From IMG/VR virus record IMGVR_UViG_3300027690_000008, positions 1-38,174 of that record: a DNA stretch of 38,174 nucleotides. One strand, 5' to 3'. The position numbers were made by a program, and so were the translations under genes. Below, in pieces: positions 1 through 6,623 of the stretch (positions are counted from its first letter, which is position 1; every line of letters begins with the position of its first letter). Under the pieces are notes generated by a model that searched no databases, was not told the DNA's origin, and saw nothing but the letters and a program-made list of their open reading frames with translations. This DNA comes from a virus. Lineage: Duplodnaviria > Caudoviricetes.

Positions 1-65
1 CATCCTTTTCCCTCCGGCTACAGGATTTTCATCAGATCATCCTTTACCAGAGCTGTTGTCTGAGG

Positions 66-121
66 GGGGGTCAATTTTCGGTTATCGTTTTGCCCTTTTG
101 GGGGTCAATTTTAGGTTATCG
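66..121 (+). repeat. 22-bp direct repeat pair GGGGGTCAATTTT(C/A)GGTTATCG
   Basis: Copies at 66-87 and 100-121, one mismatch, 34-bp period. Confidence 0.9.
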
Positions 122-125
122 AAAC

Positions 126-601
126 TAGCCCATCCCGGTAAGAAGGTCTCTATATAGAGGTGGCGCTTAAGTTGACCACTAACTCAGCATCGCAACACGT
201 TTAGGGAGACCCTGGGATAGACTCAGAGATTTATAGCCCATCCCGGTAAGAAGAATCTTCTATATGAGTTGGGCTATATTTTCACCTTCAGCACCTCCGC
301 AACCAGTCTCAGACCACCCTTGGATTGAGACCCAGAAACTTAAGGACCAGTTCTATATAAGAGAAAAAACTATAGAGAAGTGGTCTTTAACTCAGCATCG
401 CAACACGCTTAGGGAGACCCTGGGATAGACTCAGAGATTTAACGCCCATCCCGGTAAGAAGAATCTTCTATATGAGTTGGGCGTTATTTTCCCTAACTCA
501 CCTTCGCAACCAGTCTCAGACCACCCTTGGATTGAGACCCAGAGAAATAACACCGAGTTCTCTATAGGTTTTTCTCTATATAGGAAATGGCGTTATTTTC
601 C
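126..601. repeat. Array of five ~47-55 bp dyad-symmetric units at ~104-bp period, containing a 157-bp direct repeat (180-336 / 388-543)
   Basis: Dyads at ~126-171, 232-278, 340-390, 440-486, 545-598; linkers share CGCAAC...ACCCT(G/T)GGAT..AGAC(T/C)CAGA. Confidence 0.9.
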
Positions 602-604
602 CTC

Positions 605-881
605 TGCCACCTTTATGCCTCTCCTTTACAAGGGACTGTCATAAAGACTACCGAGAGACCCTCCTTCCTCTACCTCCTTTTAAAGAATCTTTTAACGGGA
701 ACCGTGGAGGAGGAGGGCGCTCAGTAGCCGCATTGCCACCTTATGTGTCTCCTTATGGTCTTCCCACTGCGTGGCCTTCATAAGGACTGCCATAAGGCCC
801 CATAAGCACAACCCTTCCCTCTGCCTCTTTTATGGTCTTCCACTATCGCCTGAACAGCGGCTTACGTGGCCCAACATAAGG
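605..881. repeat. Cluster of CATAA(G/A)G-like heptamers in both orientations
   Basis: Copies near 611, 640, 739, 751, 779, 791, 801, 828 and 875. Confidence 0.7.
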
Positions 882-1307
882 ACCCAGAGGGTATGTGTCT
901 TCCCAACCCAGGGGCAGCCGTAAGCGGGTTGCGAAGCGTCTTTAGCACCACCCCAGGACAGCATCCGGGCAGCAGTAGGAACCCTCAAAGGGAACCCATG
1001 GATAGGCTGAGGTCTTCCTCCATGTGGCCACCGCTGGGGACACTTCCAGGCCCGGCTGTCGCTGGGGTGGTCTTTTTCCTTTTGCCTGTTTGTCTGTGTG
1101 TGTATGGTTCGCCATCATGCCACCAGGCCAACGCAGAGGCCACACACGCGCTTTCCACGGGCACCCTTAGGCATCCCTTAGGCATCCCGTAGGCGCGGCC
1201 CAGACATCCCTTAGGCATCCCCAGGACATCCCCATTAACCACCATCACCATGAAACCCCCCACACTAACCATCAACACCATAATACGAAAGGAGCAACAC
1301 CACTCCC

Positions 1308-1952
1308 ATGCCAAAATATGCCAACATCAACGAGGCAGTCGAAGACAACCAAAGGCTCACCTGCAAGGTTCACGGCTGCACCCGTCCCCGTCACCGCATC
1401 TCAGGCTATTGCAAGCACCACAACCACATCAACAACCTCTATGGTTCCCCACACCATCGATGCATTACCAAGAAGGACTTCGCCATGGAGTACGTGGAGT
1501 GCCTCGGGGTAATCTGTAGCAACTTCAATGCCGGTCACCCGGGCATCCGCTATGGTCTCAAGTTCTTTCACCAGTGGCTCACTGATGCCTCCAACGGTAG
1601 ACCCTCTGTTCCTGGTAGATGGTCTGATAAAATCATGGACCAGTTCAGGCGCCTACATGATGCCGGGGTGGACCCCATAGACCTCCTGGCCACTTCTGCC
1701 GCCTTAGTCCTGATGCAGCATAGACGGCCCCAAAGTATCCGGGATGGTCGTCACCTGGTCTATGCTCTTGGTCTCAGACTGCTTCGGACTGCCCCCTATG
1801 CAGGGAAGGCCCGAGGCCCTCTGTCCAGGGAAATCGGTGCCCACGTTTGGGACAACCTCAAGACCCTCCTGGCCAATATCGCCGGGACTGTCATCAAGAA
1901 GGAACAGGAGCAAGACGAGACCCTCAGAGTCATGCATGCGCCCCTGTCGTAA
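1308..1952 (+). CDS. Hypothetical protein with N-terminal Cys/His zinc-binding motif
   Basis: 214-aa ORF, AAGGAG SD upstream; CKVHGC...GYCKHH motif. Confidence 0.75.
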   Translation: MPKYANINEAVEDNQRLTCKVHGCTRPRHRISGYCKHHNHINNLYGSPHHRCITKKDFAMEYVECLGVICSNFNAGHPGIRYGLKFFHQWLTDASNGRPSVPGRWSDKIMDQFRRLHDAGVDPIDLLATSAALVLMQHRRPQSIRDGRHLVYALGLRLLRTAPYAGKARGPLSREIGAHVWDNLKTLLANIAGTVIKKEQEQDETLRVMHAPLS

Positions 1953-1970
1953 CAAAGAGAAAGGAAAGAT

Positions 1971-2303
1971 ATGTCCTACACAACCCTACGTCTACCCGAT
2001 GATATCGAACTGTCCCTCATCCTGGTCCCTAAGCGGCTGTTCTCTTATGCTGCCTCTAATGCCGAGTTCAAACAGGTGACCGTCAAGGAGGCAGAGGCCC
2101 GGGGTATCATCAAGTGTAAATCCAGGCCGGAAGATGGTCTTGGGAACTGGACTCTTGAGGTCTATCAGGGTGTCGAGATGGTCTTCCGGTGCCGTCCTAA
2201 AGGCGTCCCTGGTCGCTTTACAGACGCCCCTGCCGCTGCCCAGGCTACTTTGATCCCTCAGGGTGTCTTGCCGAAGAGTCCCCCGGCTGTCGGTAGTCGA
2301 TAG
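1971..2303 (+). CDS. Hypothetical protein
   Basis: 110-aa ORF, GAAAGGAA SD, 18 bp after the previous stop. Confidence 0.6.
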   Translation: MSYTTLRLPDDIELSLILVPKRLFSYAASNAEFKQVTVKEAEARGIIKCKSRPEDGLGNWTLEVYQGVEMVFRCRPKGVPGRFTDAPAAAQATLIPQGVLPKSPPAVGSR

Positions 2304-2329
2304 CCTAAAAGCGACAACCCCGGTTGCCG

Positions 2330-2519
2330 TTTTCCCCAACCCACGGGAACCTGGAATCTGAAACCATGGTTTCACTTTTCCCCAACATACGGGAAGCTGG
2401 AATCTGATCCCATGGGATCACTTTTCCCCAACCCCCGGGAACCTGGAAGCTGCTGCCGGGGCAACCAAAAAGTGGTACCGACCGGTACCATTTCCCCCAA
2501 CCCCCGGGAACAAGGAAAC
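2330..2519 (+). repeat. Four ~29-bp repeats TTTTCCCCAACCC(C/A)CGGGAACCTGGAA(T/G)C with palindromic spacers
   Basis: Copies start at 2330, 2376, 2422 and 2491; spacers TGAAACCATGGTTTCA (2359-2374) and TGATCCCATGGGATCA (2405-2420). Confidence 0.9.
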
Positions 2520-2542
2520 AGAAAGGAGGTGATGTCTTCCCC

Positions 2543-2674
2543 ATGATGCCTACCACCACCATTACCGTTCACACCATCACATCAGGCGCGGCCTTTGGCC
2601 TTTGGTTGGTCTCTGCCGCCGGATATGTCTATTGGTCGCTTTACAGGCGCTGGTTGCTGTCTTTACGCAAGTAA
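2543..2674 (+). CDS. Small single-TM peptide, 43 aa (not in ORF track)
   Basis: Perfect SD AAAGGAGGTGA at 2522-2532; MMPTTTITVHTITSGAAFGLWLVSAAGYVYWSLYRRWLLSLRK: hydrophobic core with basic C-terminus. Confidence 0.6.
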   Translation: MMPTTTITVHTITSGAAFGLWLVSAAGYVYWSLYRRWLLSLRK

Positions 2675-2726
2675 TCACTTAACCCCCTACCATCACCCGT
2701 TCATAAAAGCTTTATCCAATCCCAAG

Positions 2727-2747
2727 ACACACACACACACACACACA
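2727..2747 (+). repeat. (AC)10 dinucleotide microsatellite directly upstream of an SD
   Basis: ACACACACACACACACACACA followed by TAAAAGGAG. Confidence 0.95.
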
Positions 2748-2767
2748 TAAAAGGAGAACAACACACC

Positions 2768-3604
2768 ATGATCGAAATCAAAACCCCTATGGGAAACGCA
2801 CGAGAAGGTAAACCGGCCCACCGTCAGTCCAACATCATGATGGATGGTGGTGCCGTAGAAGTCAACGGGCAGACCGGCCAAGTCCGTCACCTTCGGTCTC
2901 AGACCTTTAATCCCTCGGATCACCATGCCGCCTTCACGGGAATCCTGGGGACTGCTCGGACTCCGGCAGGTGCCCCCATCAACGACATGACGCAAATCAA
3001 TGACGACACCATCGTAAACATCAAGGGTGTCTCTGCCCCTGTCAGTTCTGCTGTTCGTGCTGGTCTTCTCGTGAAGCTTGCCGATGGCACCTATACTGAG
3101 CCTGGTGTCCAGAAACCGAACCAGACCATCTCTTACCAGGAAGGCCAACAGGCCAAAGCCAAGGCTGCCAAGGAGGCCACCAAGCGTATCAACCTGGTTG
3201 GCCATGGTAATGCCGCTGTGCTGCGTCAAATGAAAGCCAAGGCCGGTCCTGTCCAGGTAGACAACCTGATCAGCAAGGGTCTTGCCGCCGCCATCCCTGA
3301 GAAGAACCTGTCAGGGGAAACCGTAAAGGGGGACCGTCTTGCCAAAGAGATGACCCAGATGTTCCCCGGGTTGCCCCCTGAGGATGCCGTGGCATTCGTG
3401 GAGACCCTCTTGAATGAGGTCGAAGGCAATGCCGCCGATTACATCAGCAACAACCTGGGCGTCGATGGGGATGCAGTCATGGAGTTTGCGGCCACCAAGC
3501 TGTCGAAGAACGCACGGACCAGCATCATGACCGGCCTTTATTATGGTGACAAGACCACCATTCGCCGGTTGGTTCAAATGTATAAGAACGGGGAAAGAGC
3601 GTAG
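2768..3604 (+). CDS. Hypothetical protein
   Basis: 278-aa ORF, AAGGAG SD, protein-like composition. Confidence 0.8.
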   Translation: MIEIKTPMGNAREGKPAHRQSNIMMDGGAVEVNGQTGQVRHLRSQTFNPSDHHAAFTGILGTARTPAGAPINDMTQINDDTIVNIKGVSAPVSSAVRAGLLVKLADGTYTEPGVQKPNQTISYQEGQQAKAKAAKEATKRINLVGHGNAAVLRQMKAKAGPVQVDNLISKGLAAAIPEKNLSGETVKGDRLAKEMTQMFPGLPPEDAVAFVETLLNEVEGNAADYISNNLGVDGDAVMEFAATKLSKNARTSIMTGLYYGDKTTIRRLVQMYKNGERA

Positions 3605-3809
3605 CCGCTGTCGCTTCACAGACGCTGTAAAGACGCTCAAAGGTAGGCAAGCGGGGAAAAGGGAGAAGTGGAGGGGGATGTCTTAGGATGCCCTCTTCAC
3701 TTCTGCCGCTTTTAAGGCGCTTTTCCTTCTGCTGAGCTTTTGCACCAGGGCCTAAGTCGGCTGGCTGCCCCCACAGGCGTCCACGGCTGCCGTCGCTGTA
3801 CAGACGCTT

Positions 3810-4170
3810 TCCAGATTTCAACCTGGGCGTCAGCCGCCCTACAGGCGTCGGGGTTGTCCTGGTTGAGTTTGGTTAAGGGGCGCACTTGCCACTCTGAGTT
3901 TGGAAAAAGTGGACCGGTCGGTCCAGATTTCAACCTGGGCGTCGGGGTTGTCCTGGTTGAGTTTGGTTAAAGGGCGCACTTGCCGTTCGTTGGTTGGAAA
4001 AGTGGCCACCATGGTGGTCGATTTTATATTCTCATAAACAGTTGCGCCTGAGATAAGCATGTTGGTGTAGCTCTTGTTGAACCCAAACTCCCGCTTACAG
4101 TACCCGCTCCAGTTCCCCAGCGCTTTCCTCTCGTTCGCCGGGAGACACGCAAACTCTTCCTTGAGCTGTG
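3810..4170 (-). pseudogene. Decayed gene fragment with a PTNERQVRPLTKL motif (seen in mobile-element DNA-binding/methylase-associated proteins), partly duplicated
   Basis: WSGYCKREFGFNKSY...FPTNERQVRPLTKLNQDNPDAQVEIW; second diverged copy of the last ~80 bp at ~3811-3914 in another frame; no credible start. Confidence 0.5.
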
Positions 4171-4200
4171 AAAGGTGGTGACCAACACGGTAGAACGCAT

Positions 4201-4277
4201 CAGCCACGGCCACGGTACAGCCACGACCACGGTACAACGACGGCACTGGTACAGCCACAGTGTCGGTACAGCCACGG
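4201..4277 (+). repeat. Degenerate short repeats GGTACAGCCACG
   Basis: About 4-5 imperfect copies. Confidence 0.7.
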
Positions 4278-5000
4278 CAAGGCAAGACACACCCATAAAA
4301 AAGAGGCGCTTGTGGTGGGCGTCTTCTCTCTCTCTCCTTCCTGTGTGTCTTGCCTTGCGGTCGCTGTAAAGACGCTGTCGCTGTACAGGCGCTGAGGCCG
4401 GACTCGGGGATGATGGTGATCCCACGAGGGCTTGCAGTCAAATCGTCCGAATCGCACGGTTTGAGTATTTTCGCACATTTACAGTGCCTGGAATTGGTGT
4501 CACGTTTCGTGACGGTAATTTTTTGTGAGCGTTTCCCGGCACCATTGGGCCTGACCCGATGAATCCCCGGGGCAGCTTCCTGATGGGCATGACGTCACGT
4601 TTCGTTACGCCATCGGACCTGACCCAAATAGTGCTTGGGGCAGCTTCCTGGTGGACCTGAGGCGCTTAATAGACGCCCCAGCTTCCTGATGGACAGGGTG
4701 TCGGTGTAAGGTGCCGGAATAATTGTTGCCTGTAGCATTAGTACATCCGCTCAGGAATACCATCAGCAATCCTGATAGTATTTTTCCGTCGTCATCTAAG
4801 GCGCTTAATAGACGCCCCAGCCTGATGGACCAAGCGTCAGTATTGCCGACACTTCCCCCTGTCGCTGTAACAAGCGCTGTCACAGCCACGGTGTGGGTTA
4901 AACCCACCTCATCCCTGTCGAGCTTTCCCCAAAACGTCAGGACTGCTGAGGTTTTGCCCCAGGAATACCATCGCTAATGACGATAGTGCTTGACAGTCCC

Positions 5001-6134
5001 TCACCTCCTTTCGAACACCTCATCAGCCACGCAGACAGCCTTCCTCAGTGCCCCATTGACCAAGTGGGCATACCGTTGCGTCATGTCGAGACTACGGTGC
5101 CCCAGGAGTTCCTTGAGGGTATAGATGTCGACCTTCCCCGAGGAGGCCAGATACGAAGCATAGGTGTGTCTGAGGTCATGGAACCGGAAGTTCTCCAGCT
5201 TTGCCTTTTTTCGTATCCGTTTCCAGACACACTCGAAGCTCTTGAAATAGTTCCCGGAAAGGGAAGGGAAGACCCAATCCGACACCTTCAGCTCATGGCA
5301 CCTCTTCAGGACAACCAAGGCATTACTGCCCACGGGAAGTGTCTGAGTCCGTTTGCTCTTTGTGGTCTCTGCCGTATACGACACCAGGCCATTCTTGAGG
5401 TCTACGTTGTCCCAGGTCAACCCCAGGATTTCCCCTCTTCTCTTTCCTGTGAAGAGCGCATAGCGAATCACCAGGACGGCCCTCTCGTTTGAGTCCCAGG
5501 AGTCCAGGACATCCAGGAGACGCCCCATCTCATCACCTGAGAGCGCCCTGGTGACCCTGTTGTCAAACCTGGGGGCATCTACCTTGTTGCAGGGATTGGG
5601 GACGGTATCGGGGCAGACACCCTGCTTCATGCTCCAGTTATAGAGGTGTCGGATCAAGGCGAAGACTTGCTTGATGGTCGCCGGTCGATATGTCCTGTTG
5701 GTCCTGGGAGAGGGTGTCGACCGCATGTCATCAAGGAGGGATTGGATATCGGCAGGTCGAACCTTGTCCATAGGCTTGGACCCGAGGACCGGCTTGATAA
5801 ACTGTTCCCACCTCTGTCTGTCACTTGCCCCTGTCCGTTTGTTGGCCATGGCCCACTTGATGTACCTGTCCCAGGCATCAGACAGCTTCGGGAAGGGACG
5901 CTTCAAGGGGACCACACCTGAGGCATCGAGTGCCTTCATGGTCCTGAACTTGGCCTCGACTGCCCGGGCCGTGTCTAAGGTGTCGGCTGTCTGAGTCATG
6001 CGCCGACCATCCGGCATACGGACACTCACACGGTAGACCCGGCGACTCTCCAGGTTGGCACCACAGCCGGGGCACTTCTTTTTGCCAAGCTTGAACTCCT
6101 TCTTACAGGCAAGACAGCGAACGAGAATAGCCAC
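5001..6134 (-). CDS. int: Tyrosine recombinase / phage-type integrase with N-terminal zinc ribbon
   Basis: Catalytic R (KRRGEIL), K (TKSK), HDLRH, LGH, TQRY; CLAC...CPGC at N-terminus; GTG start at 6134 after AAAGGAGG is preferred to 6203. Confidence 0.95.
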   Translation of the reverse strand: MAILVRCLACKKEFKLGKKKCPGCGANLESRRVYRVSVRMPDGRRMTQTADTLDTARAVEAKFRTMKALDASGVVPLKRPFPKLSDAWDRYIKWAMANKRTGASDRQRWEQFIKPVLGSKPMDKVRPADIQSLLDDMRSTPSPRTNRTYRPATIKQVFALIRHLYNWSMKQGVCPDTVPNPCNKVDAPRFDNRVTRALSGDEMGRLLDVLDSWDSNERAVLVIRYALFTGKRRGEILGLTWDNVDLKNGLVSYTAETTKSKRTQTLPVGSNALVVLKRCHELKVSDWVFPSLSGNYFKSFECVWKRIRKKAKLENFRFHDLRHTYASYLASSGKVDIYTLKELLGHRSLDMTQRYAHLVNGALRKAVCVADEVFERR

Positions 6135-6288
6135 TTTTGGACCTCCTTTAGGGTGTGTAAATAGGGTGTAATCAGACCCCCTAAAGGTGCCCCTCAGAGC
6201 CACTCCTGGGCCTCTCCTGGGCCTCTCATCGACCCCTCAAGCAACCCCATAGCCTTCCCACTATCTGCCGTAATTACAGCCGCTTGGT

Positions 6289-6310
6289 CCCCCTCTTGAC
6301 CCCCTCTTGA
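6289..6310. promoter_or_regulatory. Tandem 11-bp repeat CCCCCTCTTGA, candidate integrase arm-type sites
   Basis: Two adjacent exact copies between the int start and the att core. Confidence 0.5.
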
Positions 6311-6358
6311 CCCTCCTTTCGATTGCCGCCCGATGCCTCAGCACAGTAGAGGGACGTC

Positions 6359-6405
6359 GACTACGAATCCGTAGGTCGCAAGTTCGAATCTTGCCGGGCG
6401 CGCCA
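6359..6405 (+). pseudogene. 3' half of tRNA-Arg(ACG), att-site duplication
   Basis: Anticodon loop CTACGAA, TCCGT, variable AGGTC, T-arm GCAAG-TTCGAAT-CTTGC, acceptor strand CGGGCGC-G-CCA; upstream half is non-canonical. Confidence 0.9.
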
Positions 6406-6413
6406 TAAAAATC

Positions 6414-6453
6414 AAGGGGTTACAGGTTTCGGGCTGTGGCCCCTTTTTCTTTT
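6414..6453 (+). terminator. Intrinsic terminator-like hairpin after the tRNA 3' end
   Basis: AAGGGGTTACAG / CTGTGGCCCCTT stem followed by a T tract. Confidence 0.75.
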
Positions 6454-6475
6454 GTGTGAGAATCTGTGTGAGAAT
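6453..6475. repeat. Tandem TGTGTGAGAAT x2, arm-type-site-like
   Basis: Exact 11-bp copies at 6453-6463 and 6465-6475. Confidence 0.6.
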
Positions 6476-6494
6476 TTTCACAAAAGCGATCTTC

Positions 6495-6546
6495 TGTAAC
6501 GCGCCGGATGGTCTTGGACTGCGTGCCGGATGGTTTAGGACTCGAT
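6495..6546 (+). mobile_element. Transposon-like end: TGTAACGC followed by two 22-bp-period repeats
   Basis: GCCGGATGGTCTTGGACT (6503-6520) and GCCGGATGGTTTAGGACT (6525-6542). Confidence 0.5.
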
Positions 6547-6558
6547 TCGCACACATGT

Positions 6559-6623
6559 GCTTAAGAATGAGCTGTGCAGTTCGGCCGCTTTTTGGCTAGG
6601 TCGGCACCAGCGAATTCTTAGCT
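6559..6623 (-). other. attC-like site with AAG/CTT core
   Basis: R'' AGCTAAG, 5-nt spacer, L'' GCTGGTGC ... L' GCACAGC, 5-nt spacer, R' CTTAAGC; extrahelical G in L''; R'' overlaps the stop codon. Confidence 0.75.

Larger units (their letters stand above)
1..6405. mobile_element. Integrative element / phage-satellite-like island, right part, ending at att (tRNA-Arg 3' duplication)
   Basis: Tyrosine integrase lies next to a duplicated tRNA 3' half, with arm-type tandem repeats beside it; cargo is hypothetical genes and repeat arrays; left end is outside the window. Confidence 0.75.

Noticed and set aside
126-601. CRISPR array
   Set aside because: The ~104-bp period is too long, units are duplicated in pairs and there are no unique spacers
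866-1314. ORFs 866-1192, 942-1145 and 985-1314
   Set aside because: Overlap repeat-rich DNA (CCTTAGGCATC repeats), lack an SD and have low-complexity translations
2330-2519. CRISPR array
   Set aside because: Spacers are ~17 bp, palindromic and related to each other; repeats are degenerate; no cas genes in the window
3811-4010. DGR template/variable repeat pair
   Set aside because: Differences are not confined to adenines, include indels, and no reverse transcriptase is present
6135-6203. Longer integrase start at 6203
   Set aside because: A strong AAAGGAGG SD supports the GTG at 6134
6326-6405. Functional tRNA-Arg gene
   Set aside because: C-C mismatch at the first acceptor pair, no D-loop GG, disrupted anticodon stem
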